Assembly (NCBI RefSeq): GCF_000015145.1
Contig: NC_008818.1
Span: forward strand, 810,001-842,000
Direction: 5' to 3'
Length of the DNA stretch: 32,000 nucleotides
DNA from: Hyperthermus butylicus DSM 5456
GTDB lineage: Archaea; Thermoproteota; Thermoprotei_A; Sulfolobales; Pyrodictiaceae
A program made the translations under genes and the position numbers. The notes beneath the pieces are model-generated. The model searched no databases. It had not been told where the DNA came from and worked only from the letters and a program-made list of their open reading frames with translations. Shown in pieces: positions 18,863 through 26,749 of the stretch; the stretch's first letter is position 1; each line of letters begins with the position of its first letter.

Positions 18863-19264
18863 GTGAGCCTCGTAGAAGAGCCTCTCGCGCTTGAGTCCCT
18901 TTCGGAGAGCCTCTACAGCCTCGTAGACGAGGCACAGGCTACTGGGCTCTCCCTGCTACGCTTTATGTCCGCAGTGCGCAGTGTTGTCACAGCCTTAGTG
19001 CTTGGCGGAAGACTTGAGGGGGCTAGGCTACTAAAGATCGCTGAGAGCTACTCTGCCTCGGAGCGGCCGGCTGCAAGAGCCCTCGTGGTGTTTGACGGGT
19101 TTGCCTTCTACCTATACGCAAAACCCTACATAGACGTGGGCGACGTCGATGTCGCCATTGACGAGGCTGGTGATGTCGCTAAGGAGCTTGGCATAGAGGT
19201 TGTACCCATCATCGCAGGATACGAGTTTAGCGTTTACTGCCGAAAAGTACGCGAAGAGTATTGA
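18863..19264 (+). CDS. hypothetical protein
   Basis: 133-aa ORF with a GTG start, preceded by a 336-nt spacer. No motif recognised. Confidence 0.35.
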   Translation: MSLVEEPLALESLSESLYSLVDEAQATGLSLLRFMSAVRSVVTALVLGGRLEGARLLKIAESYSASERPAARALVVFDGFAFYLYAKPYIDVGDVDVAIDEAGDVAKELGIEVVPIIAGYEFSVYCRKVREEY

Positions 19265-19288
19265 AGTCGAGACTGTGAAGCTAGAAGC

Positions 19289-20734
19289 CTAGGACTTTAC
19301 CTCCTTCAGCTTCTCCTCTACAAGTCTTCGGGCTAGTGCTGGGTCTGCCCTGCCCCGAGTCTTCCTCATAACCATGCCTACCAGGAAGTTTATCGCCTTC
19401 GGGTTTTTCAGCGCATCCCTCACGGCCTTGGGGTACTCCTTGAACACCTCCTCCACTACGCTACGCAGCACCTCCACATCCGCTATCCTACGGAACCCTA
19501 GCTTCTCAACCAGCTTCTCGGGGTCAGCACCCTGCTTAGCTATATGCTCAGCCATTTCCTTAGCTTGTCTAATGCTGATAACACCGCGGTCAAGGAGCTG
19601 CATGAGCTTTGCAAGGTGCTCAGGCTTGACCTTGGTGTAGAGTCCCCGTAGGTCCTCATCTTTTAGCCAGTTCAGCAGGTCATTTACAAGGTAGTTGGCC
19701 ATGCGCTCATAATTACCCCTATACAGCCTGGCAGCGTCCTCAAAGAAGTCTGCAAGAACCTTACGCGAGACGAGTATCTTTGCAAGCTCCATCCGCACCC
19801 CATACTGGGATGCTATCCTCTTAGCCCTTGCATCTGGTAGCTCGGGCAGACTGTTGCGCAGCTCCTCCACTAGCTTCGCACTTATCCTTACTGGCGGCAG
19901 GTTGGGGTCAGGCATGTATCTGTAGTCCTCCTCCGTCTCCTTAACACGAGCTGGCAACGTCACCTTGCGCACCGGGTCCCAGTGGCGGGTCTCACGCTTC
20001 ACATTCCGGCCCTTCATTAGGAGGTCGCGTTGCCTTGTAATCTCGTAGTAGAGGGCCTTCTTCACCTCGCTGAAACCACCAATATTCTTTACCTCGACCC
20101 TTTCTCCACCTTCAATGCTTACGTTAGCGTCCACGCGGATTGAGCCTTCTAGCCTGCAGTCACAAATGCCGAGATGCTCTACTATGCTGTGGAGTTTTTC
20201 GAGAAAGGCTACAGCCTCCTCGGGGGACTCCATATCTGGCTCGGTTACTATTTCGAGAAGTGCTACGCCGCTCCTATTGTAGTCCACTAGCGCATAGGGG
20301 CTTGCTAGTGGGCTACCGCCGGGGTAGACAATCCTGCCAGGATCTTCCTCCAGGTTTATCCTCCGTATCCTAATCTTCTTGGGCCCCTTGCCCGTCTCTA
20401 TCTCGATATAGCCGCCCCTGCATATGGGCTCGAGGTACTGTGTTATCTGGTAGTTTTTGGGAAGGTCGGGGTAGAAGTAGTGCTTCCTGTCGAACCGGAG
20501 AATGTTGGCTACCTCGCCGTTTATTGCTAGGCAGAGTTGTATCGCCTTCTTGACCGCCTCCTCGTTGACTACTGGGAGAGCGCCGGGGAGACCGAGGCAG
20601 ACAGGACAGACATGGGTGTTTGGCGGGGCGCCACGGTAGTCAGCGCTACAGCTACAGAATAACTTGGTCTTGAGACTTGTTATTTGTACGTGGACTTCAA
20701 GCCCTATAACCGCCTTGACACCGCTTACAGCCAT
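19289..20734 (-). CDS. gatB: aspartyl/glutamyl-tRNA amidotransferase subunit B
   Basis: Shows GLEVHVQI...KLFCSC...PNTHVCPVCLGLPGALPVVN and a YqeY-like C-terminal tail, all typical of GatB. Confidence 0.9.
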   Translation of the reverse strand: MAVSGVKAVIGLEVHVQITSLKTKLFCSCSADYRGAPPNTHVCPVCLGLPGALPVVNEEAVKKAIQLCLAINGEVANILRFDRKHYFYPDLPKNYQITQYLEPICRGGYIEIETGKGPKKIRIRRINLEEDPGRIVYPGGSPLASPYALVDYNRSGVALLEIVTEPDMESPEEAVAFLEKLHSIVEHLGICDCRLEGSIRVDANVSIEGGERVEVKNIGGFSEVKKALYYEITRQRDLLMKGRNVKRETRHWDPVRKVTLPARVKETEEDYRYMPDPNLPPVRISAKLVEELRNSLPELPDARAKRIASQYGVRMELAKILVSRKVLADFFEDAARLYRGNYERMANYLVNDLLNWLKDEDLRGLYTKVKPEHLAKLMQLLDRGVISIRQAKEMAEHIAKQGADPEKLVEKLGFRRIADVEVLRSVVEEVFKEYPKAVRDALKNPKAINFLVGMVMRKTRGRADPALARRLVEEKLKEVKS

Positions 20735-20867
20735 ACCCTGTCTGGCACCGTGAAGGGTTCTAGATCTGCTGCAGGTTAAACCAGTTATCGTGACTGCAGA
20801 GGCTGCTGTGGAGTAATAATAGATATCACCCCCACCCAGCCAGAACAGTCACTCCCTATAGTGGGGT

Positions 20868-20966
20868 AGCCGGGTCGTCTAGCGGCCAAGGATGCGGGGC
20901 TTTGGGCCGGCCGGCTGGCCGGGAGGAACCCCCGTGACCGGGGTTCGAATCCCCGCCCGGCTACCA
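20868..20966 (+). tRNA. tRNA-Gln (anticodon UUG) with a ~23-nt intron at the canonical 37/38 position (about 20906-20928) and an encoded CCA
   Basis: Hand-folded cloverleaf:
- acceptor AGCCGGG / CCCGGCT (A1:U72)
- D stem GTCT / GGAT
- anticodon stem CGGGG 20895-20899 / CCCCG 20930-20934
- anticodon loop C-T-TTG-G
- T arm CGGGG-TTCGAAT-CCCCG
- discriminator A, then CCA at 20964-20966. Confidence 0.9.
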
Positions 20967-21716
20967 CTACAACCCGGCTCTCTTCCCCCAATCCCTGCGA
21001 ATAGCCTCCGCTAGGCCATCCATCGTATACTTTTCTGCTACTATGGTCCTGGCCCTGGCTAGCTTGGACTCCTTCAGTGCTGCCAGGGTAGTTGGCCCTA
21101 TTACTGCTGCAGTAAACTTGTAGGAGCCGTTGTAGTGCCTGGCCAGTGTCTGGACTATGCTCGGGCTGGTGAAGACCACGTAGTCGAACTCATCTGCTAT
21201 GCTTGCAGCTATTCTTGCAAGCCTCTCTACGGGTTTCGCGGTGTAGAGGTGTACTATGCGGACTTCGACACCCATGCTCTGCAACAACATGAAGTCGTTA
21301 TGCTCTGCCGCCGCAGATCTGGGTATTAGTACGCAGCGCGGATTTCTCCGACGGAGCTCCTCCGCCACTGCTTTTCCACGGTACTCGCCTGGCACTAGGT
21401 CAACCCTTAGCCCTGCCTCTGAGAGCACATTCGCAGTGCGGGGTCCGACAACTGCTACGTGTAGTCTACCTTGCTCCTGTAGCCTTCGTATCTCAGGTAG
21501 CAGCTTTGCGAGAAACCTTGGCGCCCTAGGACTCGTAAATACTATCCAGTCACAGCCCCCGAGCAGCCTAGCAACCTCTTCCACAGCCCCGCTCCTCGCT
21601 ACGACTTCTACAATGGGTATGTGTGCCACATACCCTATCTCGGCTAGTGGGCCCGGCTGGGAATCGGGAGGACGAAGCAGTAGTATCGTCGGCTTACCCG
21701 CTAACTTAGCCGCCAA
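20967..21716 (-). CDS. hemD: uroporphyrinogen-III synthase
   Basis: 249-aa ORF with HemD-like duplicated half-domains (VFTSPRAPRFL, VVFTSPSIV). It is the last gene of the hem cluster and overlaps the cobA stop by 16 nt. Confidence 0.75.
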   Translation of the reverse strand: MAAKLAGKPTILLLRPPDSQPGPLAEIGYVAHIPIVEVVARSGAVEEVARLLGGCDWIVFTSPRAPRFLAKLLPEIRRLQEQGRLHVAVVGPRTANVLSEAGLRVDLVPGEYRGKAVAEELRRRNPRCVLIPRSAAAEHNDFMLLQSMGVEVRIVHLYTAKPVERLARIAASIADEFDYVVFTSPSIVQTLARHYNGSYKFTAAVIGPTTLAALKESKLARARTIVAEKYTMDGLAEAIRRDWGKRAGL

Positions 21717-22447
21717 AGCTTCTCCCTCAGCTCAACCACTCTACCAATAACAATGACAGCCGGGGGCGCGATGCCCGCCTCGCGTGCCTTCACGGCTATG
21801 TTCTTTAGGGTGCCGATTACCACGCGCTGGCCCGGAGTTGTAGCATTCTCAACAATCGCGACTGGAGTCTCGGGATCTATGCCAGCCTCTAGGAGCTGGC
21901 TGGTTATCACTTCAAGTCTCCCTACACCCATGAGTATGACCAGTGTGTCCACGGCGGATGCTATGGCTGCATAGTCTATGCGTTGTTTCTTGCCCTCAGC
22001 TTCTCGCCCGGTTACAACTGCAAAGCTTGACGCTACATACCTGCTTGTAACGGGTATACCCGCATAGGCTGGGCCTGCTATGGCACTGGTAATCCCTGGC
22101 ACAACCGCACAGTCTACGCCACGCTCCCGTAGGTACATGCACTCCTCCTCGCCGCGACCAAAGACGTAAGGGTCCCCGCCGTGTAGCCTCACGACCGTGA
22201 GACCCTGACATGCCAGCTCGTAGAGCAGCTTGTTTATCTCCTCCTGCGTCATAGCATGCATGCCTGGCCTCTTACCAGCATATATCAGCTTCGCACCTGG
22301 CTTGGCTTCCTCTAGCAGCTCTCTCGGAATAAGCCTGTCATAGACTATGACGTCTGCTTCCCGGATCAGCTTTAGCCCCTTGACGGTTATCAGCTCAGGG
22401 TCTCCAGGACCTGCACCAACGATGTAGACTCTACCACTGCATTGCAT
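21701..22447 (-). CDS. cobA: uroporphyrinogen-III C-methyltransferase (SUMT)
   Basis: Shows VYIVGAGPGDPELITVKGLKLIREADVIVYDRL and the GGDPYVFGRG motif. Its ATG shares one nt with the hemC stop (TAATG). Confidence 0.9.
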   Translation of the reverse strand: MQCSGRVYIVGAGPGDPELITVKGLKLIREADVIVYDRLIPRELLEEAKPGAKLIYAGKRPGMHAMTQEEINKLLYELACQGLTVVRLHGGDPYVFGRGEEECMYLRERGVDCAVVPGITSAIAGPAYAGIPVTSRYVASSFAVVTGREAEGKKQRIDYAAIASAVDTLVILMGVGRLEVITSQLLEAGIDPETPVAIVENATTPGQRVVIGTLKNIAVKAREAGIAPPAVIVIGRVVELREKLWRLS

Positions 22448-23358
22448 TACAGGCTTATCCCCTCCCTTGCTGCTAGCCTCCTCAGCTCGAATGCTGCCTC
22501 TAGGCCTACCTGTGTAGGCTTATCCGGATCACCCTCGACCCTTACTTCAACCCTTCGGCTGCCATCGGGAGATGCTAATGCTGCATGGAAGTAGAGGGTG
22601 TTGCCACGCAGCTCAGCGTAGGCTCCGAGTGGGGTGTGGCAGCCACCGCCAGCATAGGCTAGGAATGCTCTCTCAGCCCTAGCCTCGGCCATAGCCTTCT
22701 GGTCTGAGGCCTTCTCGAGGATCGGGAGTATGTCGCTGCGACTGGACAGAGTATAGACCCCTATTATGCCCTGGCCAGGCGCTGGGGGCAGGATGTCTGG
22801 AGGTATACGCCAATACTCTATGTCTACACCTAGCCTCTTTAGCCCGGCCTCGGCAAGCACTATGGCGTCATACTGTCCTTGCTCTAGCTTTCGAAGCCTG
22901 GTATCCACATTACCCCTTAAAACCTTGAAGACTAGGTCGCGGCGGACATGTTTGAGCATTGCAACCCTACGGGCGCTCGATGTTCCAACGATAGCGCCGC
23001 TGGGCAGATCCCATATCGTCTTCTCCTTCCCGCCTCTCACAACGAGCACGTCGTAGGGTGGATCCCTCGGCGGCGTCATGGCTAGTACTAGACCGGGCGA
23101 AATAGCGCTAGGTACATCCTTTAGACTGTGAACTGCTATGTCAGCACGTCCCTCCAGTACTGCAAGGTTTACCTCTTTCTCGAAGAGGCCCTTGCCGCCT
23201 ATAGCTGTAAATGGTTTGTCCTGGTGTATATCACCTCTAGTCTTGACTATCACTAGTTCATACTCTAGGCTTGGCTCGACACGTTTTATTGCCTCCAGAG
23301 CTATCATTGTCTGTGCTATGCTGAGCTTACTACCCCGCGTAGCTACGCGGAGCTTCAT
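22447..23358 (-). CDS. hemC: hydroxymethylbilane synthase (porphobilinogen deaminase)
   Basis: Shows LRVATRGSKLSIAQT, HSLKDVP and GGGCHTPLGA, which includes the cofactor Cys region. Confidence 0.9.
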   Translation of the reverse strand: MKLRVATRGSKLSIAQTMIALEAIKRVEPSLEYELVIVKTRGDIHQDKPFTAIGGKGLFEKEVNLAVLEGRADIAVHSLKDVPSAISPGLVLAMTPPRDPPYDVLVVRGGKEKTIWDLPSGAIVGTSSARRVAMLKHVRRDLVFKVLRGNVDTRLRKLEQGQYDAIVLAEAGLKRLGVDIEYWRIPPDILPPAPGQGIIGVYTLSSRSDILPILEKASDQKAMAEARAERAFLAYAGGGCHTPLGAYAELRGNTLYFHAALASPDGSRRVEVRVEGDPDKPTQVGLEAAFELRRLAAREGISL

Positions 23359-23360
23359 GG

Positions 23361-24656
23361 TTATCTAAGCCTCTTAAAGGCCTTCCTAAGCTTCTCGATA
23401 GTCTCGGAGACTACGTCGCTCGTGTGGGCTGCACTCGTGAATATTGCCTCCATCTGGCTTGGCGCTATGAATACGCCTAGTTTTAGCAGCTCTTCGTGTA
23501 GCTTCAGGTAGAGCTTCTTATCGCTCTTTGCTGCGTCCTCGGGGCTCCAAACCTCACCCTTTACGAAGAATATCTGCAGCATGCTCTCCACATGGTTTAC
23601 AGCAGCGTCTATACCATAGCTTAATACGAGCGATTCTAGCTCTTCTGCTAGCGCTCTGCCCGCCTCAGAAGCTACCCGGTATGGTGTGCCCTCCTCGAGA
23701 ACTTCAATAGTAGCCAGCCCTGCAGCCATTGTTACTGGATGCGCGTTAAATGTTCCAGCATTGAAGACTTTGCCGCTAGGTGTCAGATGCTCCATTATCT
23801 TCCTGTCAGCCACAACTACGCCGATTGGGAAGCCGCCACCTACTATCTTGCCCAGCGTGGTTATGTCTGCCTTTACTCTATAGTATTCCTGGGCGCCGCC
23901 CAAGGCTAAGCGGAACCCAGTGATAACCTCGTCCATTATTAGCAGTGCTCCATGCTCGCTTGCTATGCGGCGTAGCTCCTGGAGGAACCCCTTCTTTGGC
24001 GGTATGACTCCTGCATTACCTGCAACTGGTTCGACTATTATTGCTGCCACCTCGTCACCATGCTTTGACATTATCTTCTCTACGCTTTCAATGTCATTGT
24101 ATTTTGCTACGAGTGTTAGCTTGGCAACTTCCTCGGGTATACCCTTGCTTGTCGGTACTCCATACTCTGCTGCTGCACTACCAGCTCCCACCAACACAGC
24201 ATCATGGGCGCCATGGTAGCATCCATTAAACTTTACAATGTACTTCCTGCCAGTGACACCTCTTGCGAGCCTTATCGCAGTCATTGTTGCTTCTGTGCCC
24301 GTGTTTACAAAGCGAACCATTCCACCGGGATGGTAATACTTGAGTATCTTTTCTGCAAGTCTTATCTCCAGCTCGTAGGGAGCGCCGTAGAGCCAGCCCT
24401 TCTCCAGCTGCCTCCTAACAGCCTCCTCCACACGGGGATGTTTATGACCGAGGATTAGGGGGCCATAGGCCAGCACGTAGTCTATAAGTTTCTCGCCATC
24501 AACAGTGTAGATGTATGGGCCCTCAGCCCGCTCAACATAAAATGGGTAGGGCTTAACCGCTGCACGAACAGGGCTGTTGACGCCACCAGGAAATAGTGTG
24601 AGTGCCTTCTCGTAGAGAGAGCGGCTCACCTCGCCAGGCAAAGCGGGAGCCCTCAA
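23361..24656 (-). CDS. hemL: glutamate-1-semialdehyde 2,1-aminomutase
   Basis: Shows LFPGGVNSPVRA, the class-III aminotransferase body and the DEVITGFR motif. The apparent start is TTG 24656, with an alternative GTG a few codons downstream. Confidence 0.9.
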   Translation of the reverse strand: MRAPALPGEVSRSLYEKALTLFPGGVNSPVRAAVKPYPFYVERAEGPYIYTVDGEKLIDYVLAYGPLILGHKHPRVEEAVRRQLEKGWLYGAPYELEIRLAEKILKYYHPGGMVRFVNTGTEATMTAIRLARGVTGRKYIVKFNGCYHGAHDAVLVGAGSAAAEYGVPTSKGIPEEVAKLTLVAKYNDIESVEKIMSKHGDEVAAIIVEPVAGNAGVIPPKKGFLQELRRIASEHGALLIMDEVITGFRLALGGAQEYYRVKADITTLGKIVGGGFPIGVVVADRKIMEHLTPSGKVFNAGTFNAHPVTMAAGLATIEVLEEGTPYRVASEAGRALAEELESLVLSYGIDAAVNHVESMLQIFFVKGEVWSPEDAAKSDKKLYLKLHEELLKLGVFIAPSQMEAIFTSAAHTSDVVSETIEKLRKAFKRLR

Positions 24657-24680
24657 ACATTCAGGAGCCGCTTAGGTCCC

Positions 24681-24687
24681 TTATACT
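24681..24687 (-). promoter_or_regulatory. TATA-like box (minus strand reads GTATAAG) about 25-31 nt upstream of the hemL start
   Basis: The spacing fits a leaderless or near-leaderless archaeal transcript. Sequence-only inference. Confidence 0.35.
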
Positions 24688-24730
24688 GTGAACGCCGAAT
24701 ATCCACGAGGACAGTCACTGCTAATAGGTT

Positions 24731-24817
24731 GTTGGAGGCCCCAACGGCTAGTCTCGGGTGAGGAGTGGGTCACGGGTCTGAGCCCCACGGACGAGTAGGG
24801 GCTAGCCCCCCTCCAAC
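24731..24817. other. G+C-rich multi-helix element, candidate structured RNA
   Basis: Outer helix 24731-24738 / 24810-24817 (8 bp, GTTGGAGG / CCTCCAAC). Second helix GGCTAG 24746-24751 / CTAGCC 24802-24807. These enclose about 50 nt with further GC hairpin options (GTGGG 24765-24769 / CCCAC 24784-24788). The palindrome CACGGCCGTG at 24823-24832 follows. Confidence 0.35.
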
Positions 24818-24937
24818 CCAGACACGGCCGTGGGGCTGTGAGGCTGGGGGGCATAGCCGATGACGAGCGGTGCATCAAAAACACTGTAGTATGGAGAATT
24901 ATAGCTATAGATACTGGTCTTGAAGCAGCTAGCTGCG

Positions 24938-25099
24938 TTACTCCTCCTTCTTCTTCTTGGCTCCTCCTCCGCCACCCTTACCCTTCGGCTCTATGAACTC
25001 TCTGAAGTACCAGCCGTGAACCCTCTTTATGTGCTCTAGCAGCGCCTTCCTACGGAACATGCCTCGACCACAGACGGGGCATGGCCTAGCACTTACCAT
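24938..25099 (-). CDS. small classical C2H2 zinc-finger protein with a Gly linker and Lys-rich tail (53 aa)
   Basis: Below the 60-aa track cutoff. Translates as MVSARPCPVCGRGMFRRKALLEHIKRVHGWYFREFIEPKGKGGGGGAKKKKEE. The spacing C-x2-C-x12-H-x4-H has hydrophobic residues at the canonical core positions. It starts 67 nt downstream of the 484-aa ORF on the same strand. Confidence 0.6.
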   Translation of the reverse strand: MVSARPCPVCGRGMFRRKALLEHIKRVHGWYFREFIEPKGKGGGGGAKKKKEE

Positions 25100-25165
25100 G
25101 CCTTCGTCACCCTGGGTTGTGGTGGTGTACAGCTGCAGAGGCTAATACTTCTCCCCTAATTGGGG

Positions 25166-26620
25166 CTAGCTACTGCTACCGGTGGCTTTGAGGAGTGCTT
25201 TCCGGGTTTTCTCGAGCGTTGTTGGGGGTACCGCAACTATGAATGGTGCTGCGTATCGGGGTTTTGCCGCCTCCACTATGACTTTCTCGCTGCCGCCTGC
25301 GTGGAGGTATCCTTCGGCTATGAGTCTTGCCCTGGCTGCTGCTTCGCGGGGGCTATATATTGCGGGATAGTATGCTGCTACTGCTATGTCCCACGCCATG
25401 TCCTCTATGCGTGTGCTCCGCCTGGCTTGTTCAAGGTCCACAATGTATAGGCCGCGGGGTGAGTCTATGAAGTTGCTTGGATTTGTATCCCAGAGCACTA
25501 TTCCCTCCTGGTGTACTGCTGCCAGGAGCCCTCCTAGCTCGCGGTAGACTGGGGGTAGTGGGCTGCGCTGTAGAGCTGCAGCTAGATCTGTGCCCTCGAC
25601 GTAGCTGTAGGCCGCTATCCTCCTCCGGGGATCAACTAGTATTGGTTCGGGCACATTGAACCCCTTCTCGGCTAGCAGCCTGTTAAAATAGTACTCATTG
25701 TTTAGCCTGGATAACGGGTTTAGCCGGGGCTTTGGAAGTGGAAGCGAGGTTATCGCTGCTACTATCCACTTGACCGCCGTTACATCCCGGTACCTCTTAA
25801 TCACCGCTGTACGAAATCCCGCCACCTCGACCAGCTCGACACTCCTTATAGCAGCAACGCGTTGCTTCATAACACTCTTAGCCATGTCGAGGAGTCTCTT
25901 TACGCCGGTTAGCGCGTAGAGCTGCTCTTCGAAGTCTAGGAGCCTCGTAGCTAGCTTAGCAGAGTCAAGGCGGACGAGTAGCAGCGGGTCTACGAGTAGC
26001 GGGTGTGGACGTACCGAAAACCCCTCCATGAGGAGTGCTGGGTCTATGAGGCTTATGAGCGATGTCGAGGATAAGCTCTGGGCGAGCGCTGAGAACCTCA
26101 CGCTGCGGCTCTTCCCCTCTTCCCGGTCTCCGATGACATCTGCTATGCGGATAAATCGGGGCCACTTGGCTAGCCTTCTCAACCACTCGTAATACTTGGA
26201 GCTTCGCAGCGCTGTGTTGAGCGGAGAACGTAGCCATAGGTAGAGGTGCTGGAGCCTTGAAAGCCTGGCAATCGCCGGATATATGTCAGCCATGTACGCT
26301 CTTTCAACGTTTACCTGCAGGAGCTTCTGAAGCCTCCTAGCCTCCTCAAACCGGAGCCTCTCCAGATACCTTCCCGCAAGAAGCTTGTACTCCTCCCAGT
26401 TCCGGGTCTCAACTGGCTTTAGCAGGAGGAGGCTAGCCAGTGTCTCCCCGAGGGTTGAGGATTCTATGTCTGAGACAAAGAGGTCCTCGTCTACCGTTAG
26501 TACTACCTTGTCCCCGCTACGTATAGCACAAGTTTCTCCGCCTAGGCGTAGCTCAAGTACATAGCTCGGGGAGAGCTCGTAGACAGCTAGGAGTCTCGAA
26601 TCACTGCTGCACAGCGGCAT
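25166..26620 (-). CDS. two-domain protein: unknown ~260-aa helical N-domain plus a divergent Bud32/RIO-like protein-kinase-fold C-domain
   Basis: Residues ~261-445 align by eye to archaeal Bud32: AVIKRY (VAIK-like Lys), SRLNNEYYFNRLL (alpha-C Glu), YSYVEG (hinge), GIVLWDTNPSNFI (versus VIHNDLTTSNFI) and LYIVDLEQAR (versus LYIIDFGLGK). Confidence 0.6.
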   Translation of the reverse strand: MPLCSSDSRLLAVYELSPSYVLELRLGGETCAIRSGDKVVLTVDEDLFVSDIESSTLGETLASLLLLKPVETRNWEEYKLLAGRYLERLRFEEARRLQKLLQVNVERAYMADIYPAIARLSRLQHLYLWLRSPLNTALRSSKYYEWLRRLAKWPRFIRIADVIGDREEGKSRSVRFSALAQSLSSTSLISLIDPALLMEGFSVRPHPLLVDPLLLVRLDSAKLATRLLDFEEQLYALTGVKRLLDMAKSVMKQRVAAIRSVELVEVAGFRTAVIKRYRDVTAVKWIVAAITSLPLPKPRLNPLSRLNNEYYFNRLLAEKGFNVPEPILVDPRRRIAAYSYVEGTDLAAALQRSPLPPVYRELGGLLAAVHQEGIVLWDTNPSNFIDSPRGLYIVDLEQARRSTRIEDMAWDIAVAAYYPAIYSPREAAARARLIAEGYLHAGGSEKVIVEAAKPRYAAPFIVAVPPTTLEKTRKALLKATGSSS

Positions 26621-26749
26621 GGCCCGCTAGCTCCTCCCCGCAACGCCAGCCACACATTCCCTCTCCGGACAGCTAGCCGCGAGGACGTATAGCCCTGCTT
26701 TGGACTATATAGCGTAGCCTGGGTGCTCCGGGGTTTGCCCCGGGTCTGT

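Noticed and set aside
20785-20991. 68-aa minus-strand ORF
   Set aside because: It overlaps the well-folded tRNA-Gln gene on the opposite strand. The open frame is caused by the G+C-rich tRNA sequence.
24830-24851. Shared words between GC islands: GGGGCTGTGAGG at 24832-24843 and 30881-30892, and GGATGCC(C/T)TGG at 30869 and 31057
   Set aside because: Exact 11-12-mers are expected to recur by chance many times in 32 kb read on two strands. This is not evidence for a repeat family without longer alignments.
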